DNA of 64,000 nucleotides. Origin: Antedon mediterranea (lineage: Eukaryota; Animalia; Echinodermata). The stretch is from contig NC_092674.1 of assembly GCF_964355755.1 (NCBI RefSeq), positions 16,430,001 to 16,494,000 of the forward strand. The letters are read 5' to 3'. Under the pieces are notes generated by a model, which had not been told where the DNA came from, searched no databases, and saw only the letters and a list, made by a program, of their open reading frames with translations. Shown piece after piece: positions 49,476 to 62,727 of the stretch; the first letter of the stretch is position 1; every line of letters starts with the position of its first letter. The position numbers and the translations under genes are program-made.

Positions 49476-50929
49476 AAATAGTTTACAGTGTGTAAAATTA
49501 CGCAATTTGAACACAAAATAACAATGTGTAATAACGTGTAAGCATAAACTGGGAAGCTCTGCCATGTAGTCGAAGGTTGCACTACCTCGCCAATGATCCC
49601 ATGAGAGGTAGCACTAAACACACTAGCTCATCTGCTGCCGTGATCGCACTGCAAAAAGAGGAAACCCCACCGTAGTCTCTTTGATTTTTACAATATCGAT
49701 TGCGACATTTTGGTCACGATAATGATGTTAGGATCTGGATTATTTACCTCGTGGATATTTTTGATTTGGTCGAATATTTATGGTAATAATTAAATTGTTT
49801 TTATTTTTTATTTTACACTTACAGATCGAGGAGAATGATGTGTGCCTTAAAAAATGTATACATAGTATAAGATTATAATATTCGTAGCATACGTTAACAG
49901 TACATAATTACAGTATTTAAATGTGAAATATTTTATAGGGAACGTAGGCTACGTCTGTCTTATTTTATATGCACCAAATTACCTAAAATAATTTATTAAT
50001 AAACTTACAGTTTTTTATTTAGTATTACAATGAGCATTTGATAAGCCCGGAAAAGCACTCCCAGCATTATCCATTATAAAATTGCATCATATTCCAAATA
50101 TATCGTTAAAAATTAGAACATATGTATTCGATCAATTAATTGGTTATTCGCAACTTTTGTTTTGTTTTTATTTAGTTCATCTTCTTTATTCTTCTTTCTT
50201 TCCACGATTTTTGTGGAAAGCATTCTCCTAATTGTGAACATAACTTTGTATAATTTTGTCAAAAGATTGACTTTGAAGTGTAGATGTGCGCACAAGTGCA
50301 AAACAAACCACAAACAATTTAGAAAATGTTGAAATGCCTAATATGACCTAAAATGTACGCGAAATTGATTATAAATTAATTTTGTACATGCATGTTTAAA
50401 AAAATTTAATGTCAAAAATGATAAAAATGATCACCTATAATTTGTCGAAGTGACATATTATTTTAAGCCTACATAAAACAAGCCAACATATCCATTTTTA
50501 TACTTATCATGACCACTTATCACCCTGATTACCATTGTCCACAGCAGGTATCTAAATCTATTCCATTACAATTGGGACATACAGTTGAACCTCCGTGAGC
50601 TGCCACCTCCCCATAAGCAGCCACCTCTCTTAGCGGCCACACTCTCAGTCTCCAAAGCCTGTTTGTTCTTCCTATCTAGTGAATTTTGTACCTCCTGTAA
50701 AGCAGCCACCTCCTGCCCGGTCTAAAGTTGATATTGTATCATATGACACAAAATGCGATACACTTACTAAAAACTACTACTATATTGATATATAATTATA
50801 AATATTTTTAGGTTTCACTGTTTTTATAATTCACTAACCTAAAGGTACAAGACCTATTTCTTTTAAAATAATTTAGACTAGAGCGTATGCCGGCGAAATT
50901 AGGCTAGGTTTGAGTCATGTCTTTTGTTA

Positions 50930-51295
50930 ATGAGGCCCAAATTAGGCTAACCGGTGCATAGGGCGGCTACAGGTAGGTATGATGAGGCCCAAATTAGGCT
51001 AACCGGTGCATAGGGCGGCTACAGGTAGGTATGATGAGGCCCAAATTAGGCTAACCGGTGCATAGGGCGGCTACAGGTAGGTATGATGAGGCCCAAATTA
51101 GGCTAACCGGTGCATAGGGCGGCTACAGGTAGGTATGATGAGGCCCAAATTAGGCTAACCGGTGCATAGGGCGGCTACAGGTAGGTATGATGAGGCCCAA
51201 ATTAGGCTAACCGGTGCATAGGGCGGCTACAGGTAGGTATGATGAGGCCCAAATTAGACTAACCGGTGCATAGGGCGGCTACAGGTAGGTATGAT
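50930..51295 (+). repeat. 52-bp minisatellite, 7 copies
   Basis: ATGAGGCCCAAATTAGGCTAACCGGTGCATAGGGCGGCTACAGGTAGGTATG starting at 50930, 50982, 51034, 51086, 51138, 51190 and 51242; one mismatch in the last copy. Confidence 0.95.
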
Positions 51296-52402
51296 TTTAA
51301 TTAGTCAACAATACATTGTGTGTGTGCATTGACCATGCTTCTGAAGGCGTTGACAATGGTGTTTATTAACTACATAATTTAAAGTTTTTCACATTTTTCA
51401 ATGCAATGAGATTATTTTTAGTTTGAGTATTTTTACCTCCGCCATAGACTTGCCCCAAGTCTGTATTTATTGTCTTTTTTTAATTTATTTGTTTTTATTT
51501 CGACCGCGATTTTTGTCTGAAAATACAGACTTGTGAAACACGTATAGAAATCGATTTGCAAACCGCAAACATCCGATAAGAATGACGTAGGTTATCATAC
51601 CGTATTTGGCTATATGGGGCGGGCGGTATGTAAATATGGATTTCGAATCAACCAATGATCATTTTGTTTCAAAATGAAAAAGATCGAGTACGTACGTACA
51701 GTTAGCTGAATGTACGATCGAGACTGAACAACTGTTGAAATATAAAATCGTGTTGCCAAGTTGTTTTGTTTATTAATTGTTCTGGCCTAGGCCTCCTTCG
51801 TAGGCGGGTTCGTAGGGCTACTCAACTCGTACGTCCAAATAAAACGCCAATAAGGTACATACCACCACCGAACCGACCGGCACACAACAGGGCTACACCA
51901 CCACACAGAACAGGACAGGGTCTGGGTGGGAATTAAATCAAATTTTCTCCGCATAATAAATGATCCATTCAATGTTTGATTTGGCGGAGAAGCTAGCCTA
52001 TCATATCACGACGAGTTTTCATGTTCTTGGGAAAAATCTCATCAAATGTTTACCAGACTTATACTAGGCATATAAAATCATTTTTAGCCTTCAGAAACTT
52101 TCATCAAATGTACCCAAAGTACACATTGTCTAAACGTAACATAGCGCATGCGCATCGTCTTAGACGTTGAGTCTTTGAAATTCTGAAATATGAATATTAA
52201 AACGACGTACGAGTGAGTAGCCAATGGCATGCGGCTGAAACTAGTCAACTGGATAATTTATGCACCAAGAATTCTTGGTGTCAAACCACGTGACTTATGC
52301 GTGTTTCCCCAGACGGAGTATCCAAACTCAAGTAATACACGTATGAAACGCCATATGTGCAAAAATATTTATGTTTTTACAAAACTCCGTCTGGAGCCCA
52401 GA

Positions 52403-52740
52403 CTACCTCCGCCAAGGAGGTTATGTTTTCACCCCTGTGTGTTTGTGTGTGTGTTTGTGTGTGTGTCTGTAAACAGCCTGGAGGCCACAGTTTTCATCCG
52501 ATTCTCAACAAATTTGGCCACAATGATCTATGCCCCAAAAGCTTGGACGAGTTCGATTGTGAGGGGAAAAGGTCATAGGTCAAGGTCACAACTAACAAAG
52601 AATTATTTTACTGCCTAGAGACCACAGTTTTTATCCGATTCTCAGCAAACTTAGTCACAATGATCAATGACTCATCATATAATTATGTTTAAATTTTGAA
52701 GGGTCAGGGTCAAAGATAAGGTCCACAAAAAAACAAAAAC
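52403..52740 (+). mobile_element. HINE/DINE-like (Helentron-associated) element fragment
   Basis: TACCTCCGCCAAGGAGGTTATGTTTTC head, (GT)n microsatellite, AAAGGTCA core repeats. Confidence 0.6.
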
Positions 52741-53891
52741 AAACTAGACATGAAACTCGTCACTTTGACGAGTTTGGTTATCCGCCGCGCAAATGGTGAA
52801 ACATGGATGTTTAACGACGTACCTTTTAACATTAAGGGGATAGGTTGAGGCCAAAAGAAAGCGTTGGCGTTATGACCTACAGGCCGGACGAGCAACTGAC
52901 AAACAAACCAGAAAATGTAATAGAAATCACATATCTCCTAACAACGATGAACGGCTCTGATACGAGAAAAATATTGTTTTCCCCCCTCTATCCTGTAAAA
53001 ATAACTTAGTCTTATTCGGCCTGCTACATTATAGAAATAGGTAGAAAATAAACGATTTGGGCTATTCCATTACAGTTGGTATAATAGACAGGTTCCATTT
53101 CTCAAAAAACGGCCTAGAAAACGAATCAAGAAGCATTTTTGGGTAGAAGCTGGGATCCACTTGGTTTAGGATATTTTGACCTCGCTGATTACGAATATGG
53201 CGGATCCCAAGCGAAATTCGGCCATCTAAGCCCTTAATTTGCATAATTAAAAATGGCGGCCATTTTTAATAATTACCTTATATCTCGAGAACCACTAGTC
53301 ACAGATAATTAATTTTGGTCTCAAAATGTTTTAAATATATGTTTTTATATTCACTTTAATGACACATTTTCACATAGGGCTCAAATTGTTCAGAAACTAT
53401 ACATTCATATTTATTATAATGAAATGTTTTTACAAAAAATGGCCGATTCTACAACGATTGACCTTTGAACTATTAGTCAAATATAATAATATAACTTTGA
53501 AAATTGTGGTCTTATGAATTTTTTTTTCTTTTTAAATTGTTTAAAACATGTGTGTTTCTATCCAGTCTAATGGCACATTTTGTACAAGAATGGCCGATAG
53601 TATGGTTATTGACCTTTAAACTACAGCATAGGCCTACTGTATACTAAATATAATATAATTGCATAACTATGAAATTATTTATACACAATAATAATTAGTA
53701 AAATTATAAAATTCACTGCCATCAAATATGATGTGTTTTGTGATTTATATAGATTAAAAAAAAAATTTGAACACGCAAGTTACATTTGTTGAAATTTGAA
53801 ATTTGAAATTACCTGTCGGCCTAGTATTTTCATAATGTATTTCCAAAAAGATATATAGATAGATAGATATATAATTTAATTATTGTAGATA

Positions 53892-54010
53892 ATGGATGAA
53901 ATACCTGATGAGAGTGAATTAGATATAAATAGATGTGAAGATTTACCAGAGGTAACAGTGACTAACAACAGAGCTTACTCCTCATTGCCAGAAGATATTC
54001 ATGAAGGAAA
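53892..54010 (+). CDS. ABCC5: ABCC5-like probable first coding exon
   Basis: gtag|ATAATG...GGAAA|gtaagt; phase 2 fits the next exon; the upstream acceptor implies a 5' UTR exon. Confidence 0.7.
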
Positions 54011-57000
54011 GTAAGTGTAAATCAATAAAACTAAAGAACCCACAATTCATGAAGTTCGGAAATCACAAAACCACCAGTGAAAAATCATGTCTTTGATCAT
54101 CACAGATAGAATTTACAAGTCTTGTTTTATTATGTCTAATCTAGGGTTTAATGTACCACATAACAAAATTTAAATATGCTTTGTATTTTGTTTTATAGTG
54201 TCAGTTTTGTGAAAATCAATACTTTCTATCAGTACAAAACAAAACATTACCTTTTTTAGTACAATATTTATTCAAATAAACTCCCTTCTTCAAATAAACA
54301 CCTCCCTCAAATAAACGCTCCCTCGTAAATATGGTATTAATTTTACGGTAGGCTAGGCCTATTTTTTTTTTGGTGAATTAAAAAAAAATGATGGCCTTGG
54401 TGCCTTCCAAGTTGGCATTGCTTCCCCTCAAATTAACGAAAAACCGGAGGCAACTGGCCTTGCCCCTAAAATCCTCAAATTTTATTAGTTAATCAATTTT
54501 TACTTGCCTAAATTAAGTTTTATCATGAATAATTTTAACAAAAACAATGAATTGTATGTATATGAGCAATTTAGGCTTGATATCCAAAAACAAATGCATT
54601 TAAGAGGTGAATCTCAGATGCTATGAATTGAATGTGTCATTTGTTAACATGTGTTTAAACATTTCAAGAAATTGGAATTTACACTACAGATTTTGCAAAA
54701 TTGTTTTTGAATGTATGCGTTCATCATTTGTAAATTGATTTTTTTTCTAGACCTCCATGCCCATTTGATGGTGCTTTCTTTCTTTCTATACTTACATTTT
54801 CTTGGTGTACTAAATACTTCTTGAAAGCAATTAAGACAACACTCGAGCAGTCTGATCTATTCCAGATTGTGGAGAAAGATTCAGCTAAAACAAATGCTAA
54901 AAGGTAAGTTATTGTTTGTTGTGTAGATTAATTGTATAAATAAGTATAGGCAATATTTCCTTTTTGATTGCTATTACATGTTTAGTTTAGTAGTTAGGGA
55001 TAGAGACCCTGCTTTAATATATATTGATACATTGATTCAAATAATGTAATTTAATTCTGCATGGTTTTTATACAGCAGATCTATTTTTTTAACACTATAA
55101 CAAAGTAAATAATACATTGTTATAGTGTAAAAAGGAATACAACTTTGAGTAAATGTTCTTTTTGTTTAAGATTGGAACAACTGTGGCAACAAGAGTTAGA
55201 TATCCATGGCAAAGAAGGAGCTACATTCACTCGTGTTATTTCCCGTTTCATCTGGAAGGATACATTGAGAGCTTCCTTAGTGCTTTTTATATGCCTAGCA
55301 GCCTCATTTTCGAATGCTGTTAGTCTTTTTTTGTACTTTATAGTAGTGACAGAGCGACCTTCAAAATTCCAAAATACTGCATTGACACCCGATTTAGATT
55401 TATTTTAATGTAATATTAAAGTAATAGATACCTTTGTTTCTCATTGAAACTTCTGTATTTAAATATTAAAATTATTAAATTTTCTCTTTAAACTAAGATC
55501 CACTTCCACTTTACGATTACATCTGATTAGTTAAAAAAACATCTTTAAAGCACCCTTTATCGAAAGAAATACAAATGACATTAAGCAAAAAAAAAAAATT
55601 ATTGTGTTGGTCCCTCTCTCTGTATAGCCTTCTGCACATGTATTGTGGACTATACCATTTCCTTGAGTTCAGTAAAAACTTGTTCGTTAATTTTGTGTAC
55701 GATGTTGTTAAACAAGATTTTTCGATGATCCTGCCAACTAAAAGTGCCATTTTTCATGAATTTTATGTGCAAGAGTTCTGGCCATCTAGGTATGTCATTT
55801 AACAGAACTCGCTTTGCCACAGGCGAGACCTGTGGCTCAAATTCTAAAGCTCTGTCTACACTATCAAACTTTATGTAACAAAAAGTGTGTGATATGCTTA
55901 AATATGGTAGTGTTATGACATTATTATTTCCATATATGGGCACATCGCATTTTTTTGTCACATAAAGTTTGATAGTGTAGACAGAGCTTTAGTCTCCGAA
56001 CCTGGTTACATAACTGTACACCAAACTCGTATACACATGATTGTAGTGAAATTAGCCTAAATCACACAGCATAAGACACACACTTTTGGTGAAAATTGGG
56101 TCAATGTCAGGAGGCCAATTTTTTTGTTTGTTTGTTAGCACGATAGCGCCTACAGTTTTCAAGTTATCGTTCTGAATTTTTGAGTGTAGATAGGTATATA
56201 CTTTCAGACCATGCCTATTGAAAATCAACAAAATTGGTTTATTAATAATTAACTTCACAAATAACAAAAATGATATTATTGTCAGACCGGCTAGTGTTAA
56301 AAGATAGGAGACAATTTTCAAAAGCCGGTGAGCAGTCTTAAAGTAACAAGTAAACTGAAATTGCATTTTCTCGTGAACTACTTGTACAAAAAACCTTATT
56401 TTAGACAAGAGGCAAGGGTTATAATTTGTGATTTGTAATTTCAAAACATAACTTGATTTAATGTACCAGTTTTTTAATACGAGTAGTTTAAAAAAAGCTA
56501 TTTCTTTTAAAATCTGCCCGTTTGTTTTTCGCGTTGCTGTTCCATTGTTAGTCAAATGAGACTATTGTTAGTTGATAATTAGTTTTTTAGTAATTTTATT
56601 ATTTCATTCTGTGCATAGGTATATACTTACTGTCAGAACATGCCTATTGATTTTAAGGAAAATTGATATATTGGTCATGCCACAAAAGCTTATCTTCCAT
56701 CGATATATTAAATAGCACACTCTGTATTCTTTTAACATGAACATATTCTTTGACATGGATCAAAATATTAGTCGACTGGCAGGGGCGCCGCAAATCGCCA
56801 CAGCTTCAAGACACTCCTCGACCATTATTCTGGTCAATCTTGATTTTAGAAAGGTCATTTTTTTGCAGTTCCGGAATTGTTTGTATTAAAAAATTATTTA
56901 AACAAAATTATTAAACCCAGCAGGATTTTAACATGTAAAGCTAATACATAAAGCAAAAAAAATGTATCTTTAAACATGCTCCCAGTCAGTGGATATATTT

Positions 57001-60000
57001 TGCCAAGTACTTCACTCAGTTTCTGAGTGCTTTCATTTGTTTGTTAGCAGGATTACTCAAAAAGTAATTACAAGATCTTTACCAAAATGAATATACGGAT
57101 AGATATGTGTTCAAGGACTATTTCATTAAATTTTGGGACCATGGTCCCAATTCTGGACCACTTTTTCGGTATACTGTTCAGACCTGCTAGTGTTAAAAGA
57201 TAGGACAGAATTTTCCAAAAGCCGGCGAGCAGTCTTAAAATAACAAATAAACTAAAATTGCATTTTCTCGAGAACTACTTGTCCAAAAAACTTCATTTTT
57301 GTACAAGAGGCAAGAGGTATAATTTGTGATTTGTAAATTTAAAACATAATTTGATTTAATGTGGACGTTTTTTTGATGCGAGTAGTTTAAAAAACCTATT
57401 TCTTTTCAAATTCACTCGTTTGATTTTCGCGTTGCTGTTCTATTGTTAGTCAACTGAAGCTATTGTTAATTGAAAGGCTTGTTACATAACCATTACACCA
57501 TACACATGCTTGTAGTGAAATTAGCCTAAATCACAAACAGCATTAAGACACACACAAATATATATATATATATTTCTTTTTTACCGGAGAAATCTTATGT
57601 AGGAGAATTTTACAGTAGGCAGAGGTATGCACTCTCGGAGTGTCTTTCTAGTTAGCTGTACTGTATTATATAAACACATCAGGCACAGAACAAATTCTAA
57701 ACTGCCCGGTTATATACTGAAAATGTATCAATTTGATAAGATGAGGAAATCTGTGAAAATGAGAAAAATTCGCTCCAGCCGGGATTTGAAACCAGAACCT
57801 TCTGCTTGATATGCAGATGTCCTAACCATTAGACCACTTGGGCTTTCATGATATAGTTGAAACTCGATTAGATAGCAACTCTCTCACTCTCACTCTCGGC
57901 GTGGTACGGTGGAACAGCACTGTCCCTCAATTGTACGCACCAGAGATCAAATTGATACGCCCTCATCTTTCAGTATTTTTTGAGATTTTGAGAGAAGAGA
58001 TACTTTTATATATATAAACACATCAGGCACAGAACATATATACTGAAAATTTAGTAATTAATTTTTCGACGACGTTGATAATATCGTACATACAGCAAAC
58101 AACAACCATTCAGACTTAAAATTAACCTGAAAAAGTAAAAGCCCCAAAAACATCATTTTAAAATGAAACATTTTCAGGTCCATTTTAAACAAATTCAATG
58201 TAGGCCTATTTATTCCTGTTTTTTTTTATATATATTTAAAGCTTTGTCAAAAACGAACAATAGGGTATGCCTTTATTCAACATTCTTGCCATGTCAAACT
58301 TTAATGTTAACAATTTTTTTTACGCAGAGTGTAGTTGTTCGAAGACTACTTGATTATGCTGAATCAACTGAATCTAATATTTACTATGGGTTTTTGTTAG
58401 TGTGTTTTTTATTCATATTCCAAATAATCACAATTGTGTTCATGGGTTTAACATGGTACCTAAGCACTAGAGCTGCAACCAGGCTCAGAGGTGCTACCAT
58501 TGCTGCTATTTATCGTAAGACTCTCTGTGTACGCAGTTTAAGAGGAAAGTCCACTGGTGAGGTATGTAAAATTTTTCAATCTCTGAAGCTTTTTGTTGTA
58601 TTATACTGATTTTTCTAAAACCATGTAACCTTTTTACACTGCCATTAATAATGCAGATATGTAGCAGCAGAATTCTGTAGCCGTTTTTTTACATGCATAT
58701 GATATTAGATATTACCTGTTGACGTTGCTCTGTACTCGTGTAGTCATCTGGTTACCCAATTGGGTGTAAAAAGAAAACAAACAAAACTGACAAACCCTCC
58801 ATTTGAATGACCACACATTTTACTTTATTTAATTTTCAGATTGTTAACTTATGTACTAATGATGGTCAGCGTGTTTTTGATATGATGATGTTTTTGCCTT
58901 TCCTTTTCATTGGCCCAATACTAGCCATGGTTTGTCTTGTCTACACAACTGCTCTTATTGGTCCTGCGGCTATTATTGGAACAGGCGTGTTTTTTCTTTT
59001 CTACCCTTTACAGGTATGTTTTTTATTAATTTTTCATTGAACACAAAATTAAGTTTAGGCTCAATAGATTAGTTTCCTTAAAATTGATATTAATATTGTT
59101 TTTTCAATTATAACCAGCTTGTTATGTCAAAGGTAATTGCATACTTTCGGACCAAAGGCATTATCGTGACTGATTGCCGCGTCAAGATGATGAATGAAAT
59201 CATTACATGTATCAAGCTTATTAAGATGTATGCTTGGGAAAAGTCATTTGCAAAGTCAATTGCAGGTTTGTTTGATAGATTTAAACTAAATATTGAATTG
59301 AAGCTGGGATGGCGGACTCTTTTATAGTAGATTCAATCATTACGTTGCTCTAGCTTGGCGTTTGGCCGTGGTTTAATCCCGGGAACAGAATTTAAAGCTG
59401 CAAAATAACAAGTTTGCCAAATGCTGATTTAGGTGCATTGACATATACAGAGAATGGATGGCAAATATCTTCACAGGACATAAAGACATTCTATACATAA
59501 TTTTCCTTTTTTGATTCCTATGTTAATATAGGAATCAATGCAGTCATGATGTATGAAAAGCGTATTTACTCTGTAAATTTGGCATAATGTAGTTTGTGGT
59601 GACTAACAATTTGTTTTGACTAGTTACCTACTTTAACAAAAAAGTTTGTGATTGATTGTTTCATATCTCTGTAACCAATCGCTTTAACATTTAGTTGCAT
59701 GCAGTATTATTCAAACGTTAAATTCAAGAAGCAACTCATATATTTTTATTATTTATTGTGTTTCCTTGCAAATTAATTACACATTGCCATGCCATTCGGT
59801 ATTGGTTCACCGAACTGTAAGTAATATCTAATGATGATAATTAATAGGCTTTAAAGCTTTTTGTAAACATTTTGATAATTGTTGCTACGCAAGGTTGTTG
59901 ACTGATCGACTGATCTGTGTTTGAAAATCAACTTGTAGAGCATGCCATTTATAACTACCTGAGAATCATAAGCATATTGTACTACATTAGGTCATTTTTA

Positions 60001-60186
60001 AGTTGAAAGTTATATTCGTGTTATTTAACTTTTTCAGGAATACGTGCACAAGAACAGTCAGTGTTAGAAAAAGCTGGATATATACAAAGTATTAATAATG
60101 GTCTTACCCCACTGATACCAGTTCTTGCTACTGTAATAACGTTGTCTGTTCATACCTTTCTTGGCAATAGTTTGAACCCTGCACAG
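53892..60186 (+). CDS. ABCC5: ABC transporter C family, ABCC5/MRP5-like (5' portion, TMD1; continues beyond window)
   Basis: Exons 53892-54010, 54751-54903, 55171-55318, 58328-58561, 58840-59013, 59118-59265, 60038-60186, GT-AG and phase-compatible. Motifs [86 protein letters not shown]. Exact paralogue uncertain. Confidence 0.88.
54751..54903 (+). CDS. ABCC5: ABCC5-like exon
   Basis: ctag|A...AG|gtaagt; [17 protein letters not shown]. Confidence 0.9.
55171..55318 (+). CDS. ABCC5: ABCC5-like exon
   Basis: taag|A...GCT|gttagt; [17 protein letters not shown]. Confidence 0.88.
55846..55990. mobile_element. ~145-bp MITE (PIF/Harbinger-like)
   Basis: Near-perfect TIR AAAGCTCTGTCTACACTATCAAACTTTATGT / ACATAAAGTTTGATAGTGTAGACAGAGCTTT with TA-rich flanks. 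Confidence 0.8.
57771..57843 (-). pseudogene. tRNA-derived sequence (Asp-like ATC loop) inside a repeat element
   Basis: A box TGGTCTAATGG, stem TCTGC/GCAGA with loop ATATCAA, B-box-like GGTTTCAAATCC, followed by TTTTT; acceptor stem mispaired. Confidence 0.6.
58328..58561 (+). CDS. ABCC5: ABCC5-like exon
   Basis: gcag|AGT...GAG|gtatgt; [22 protein letters not shown]. Confidence 0.92.
58840..59013 (+). CDS. ABCC5: ABCC5-like exon
   Basis: tcag|ATT...CAG|gtatgt; [14 protein letters not shown]. Confidence 0.93.
59118..59265 (+). CDS. ABCC5: ABCC5-like exon
   Basis: ccag|CTT...GCAG|gtttgt; [13 protein letters not shown]. Confidence 0.93.
60038..60186 (+). CDS. ABCC5: ABCC5-like exon
   Basis: tcag|GA...CAG|gtaaat; [17 protein letters not shown]. 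Confidence 0.93.
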
Positions 60187-60409
60187 GTAAATGTTATTAT
60201 TGTTATTATTCATTTAATAGATATTTCAAAAAATGAACATGAAAATAACTTATGGTTCTATAGAATGAGCTTGTTTGTTTGCGGCATTTGTATATTTATT
60301 TCTGAGACATGAATAGTAGGCCACTTAGTTTAAAAAGGATTAATATATATGATGAAATGATTATGATATGAAGATTTTCACTTGGGCCTTACCTTACCAT
60401 TATCATTAT

Positions 60410-61460
60410 AATAATAATAATTTATTTGGAACAGTGGCACTCAACCAAGAGGAAGGTGCATCCATAAAAAAGAATAACAAAATACACCAAAACTTATAAA
60501 ATGCAATAAACAAAAGACAACATAACTACCAAATTTAACAATTTAAAATCAAACACAAGTCATACAGCTGTACAATATAAAATTAATTGGGTAACAACAA
60601 TGCAGACAGACCTAACACTATAATGAAAGAGAAGCCATCTAGCATTACTCGCTTAAAACAACACATATGTGTGTGCATGCCCTTTTAACATACTGCTTAC
60701 AGTGACAATAACATACATATATATTCTCTCTTATTTCCAAGATATACAAAAATACTGACCAACTTTACTCATGGCCAAATTGCATGTAAAACATGTTAGA
60801 AAAAGAAAAAAAATTATCAGTATAACTAACTAAAAAATGTACAAGAATCAGAACAGCATTAAAAAAGTAAAAATCTTATAAAAAGTTAGAAACAAAAGAA
60901 ACAGGCATAAAAAACAGAAGTCAAAAAAGGCAAGAGCAAGTCGCAAGTCAGCAGGGAAGGTAAAATTGTATTAACATTTTAGAATTTAATAATTTGATGA
61001 AAAATGGTACAAGACTGTTAGCAAATCTAATTGTTTTAGTGACTAGTTGGGTATTTTTTAATTCTTAAATTTCTACCATTACAGCCAAGTCTAGTTGGTC
61101 CGTTTAATTTTGGAAAGACCACCAGCAAACTTCCGACAATGCTCTACCCTTCTATGAGCCAACGTTTAAGTTTTAAAAATTCAAGGGCACCACAGTATGA
61201 AGAAGAATTCAAGGGCACCACAGTATGAAGAAGAACAATTACTAAAAATAAAATCGGAAAGCTCGCTTTTGCACATTTTCAATACAATCACCTGATTTAT
61301 TCTAATAAACACCCTGCTTTGAGTAAAGCATTCCTCGAACAATTAAGTTATACCATTTACAGATACCATCATAATCTGGAAGCCATGTGACCTAAAGGAA
61401 GGGTGTTCGATAGTAGTTTAAAGTCTGTACAATCCAATAAATATTTTCTTTCTTGTTTGT
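60410..61460 (-). mobile_element. Highly degenerate LINE 3' end
   Basis: Minus strand IENVQKRAF and VTKTIRFANSLVPFFIKLLN; (TTA)n tail at ~60405-60425. Confidence 0.6.
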
Positions 61461-61499
61461 GTCACACAGTACCTCTTTAAATCTCTTAACCCAATGACT

Positions 61500-62654
61500 T
61501 AAGGCCAAAAAAAAAAAAATAGTTTGTTTGCTGTCATCCGCCACCCCTAATTTCGCCAAAAAGTGTTTTTTTTACGTTAAGGGCGCTTTAAAAAAAAAGT
61601 TTTTTTATGATTTTTTTTGGCCGAAAAGGTGTAAAAATCGAGTGTGCGAGGATGAAACAATAAAAATAATAACGTAGCGTATATTTCGGTGTATAATCGC
61701 ACTTTTGACACGCAAATTTAACCTCTAAATTAAGGGTGCGTCTTATACACCGAACATAAATGCCTCAACACACAGATATCGCCACCTCGTTGGCTAGGCC
61801 TGGGCTTTTTAAGGTAAGGCCTAGGCCTATTAGTATTACTAAAGTCACTAAAGAGTAGGCCTAGCCTAGCTACAGTGTACTAGCGTAACAGCAACCTGCT
61901 AGTTTTCAAGGCATTTTAGCGTGATTTTGTACTAAATATGATGAAAAGATTTGTTCATTATGGAGCTGTTTTAGGCGCTCCGATAAAATTTCATTTGTAA
62001 ACGTTTACGATAGGAATAGTATTAATATAGTTATACGCACGACCGTCGTACCCCCAGCGCGAGCGAGCCCTTCTTGGCAACCACATTGTGTACACAGTAT
62101 TCGACTAGTATATTCTCCAGTTGATTATAGCATAGACCTAGCGTACACACTTCTAGGATACATAGATACTAATCGAATACGATTGTCCGTGAAAATGTGC
62201 GCCTCTCGATAAAGGATCAAGCAATCGAGGCTAGCCCACATACACGTGCGGTCATGCACTCGATGTTGCGGGTGCGAAACTCATGAATAACAAGTTAGAA
62301 AGAACTGACGGAATGGGGGACTTCCCTTTCTTGTTGAGGCTGGGCGCGGCCGTCTTATACATCGACGATATACAAAATACCGATATTTTACTCTCAGTTA
62401 GAGGGTGCGTCTTATACACAGGTGCGACTTATACACCGAAATATACGGTACACTAACTTCTAAAATATTTAATTAGGCCTGCTAACAACGACCTACTGTA
62501 GTAGGCCTAGCCTAGGCTAGTTTAGACACGGGGCCTAACGCGCCCAAAGCAGAATTAAAGTGTGAAACAAATTATGAATAGATGTTTGAGCTCGTTGTTT
62601 TATTCAGTGTGTTTGTTACTCTCAAATTCGCGTACAATTAACAGAGAAATTAAC

Positions 62655-62693
<39 letters not shown>

Positions 62694-62727
62694 TGACAGC
62701 AAACAAACAATTTTTTTTTAGGCCCTA
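61500..62727. mobile_element. TIR MITE (hAT-like ends) hosting a nested Tc1/mariner-pogo MITE
   Basis: TAAGGCC(A)nTAGTTTGTTTGCTGTCA ... TGACAGCAAACAAACAA(T)nAGGCCCTA; no clear TSD. Confidence 0.65.
61677..62448. mobile_element. Tc1/mariner-pogo-type MITE
   Basis: TA flanks; TIR CGTATATTTCGGTGTATAA(G)TCGCAC / GTGCGACTTATACACCGAAATATACGG; internal AGGGTGCGTCTTATACAC repeats. Confidence 0.8.

Noticed and set aside
49660-49856. Possible small exons (G|GTAATA at ~49782, acceptor TTACAG at ~49823)
   Set aside because: No recognisable product; cannot tell ABCC5-like 5' UTR exons from transposon remnants without transcript data.
50930-51295. CRISPR-like regular array
   Set aside because: Units are contiguous and identical with no unique spacers; eukaryotic context, no cas genes.
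55517-56555. 77-167 aa ORFs in the ABCC5-like intron
   Set aside because: They fall in MITE/Helitron-related repeats and have no recognisable domain.
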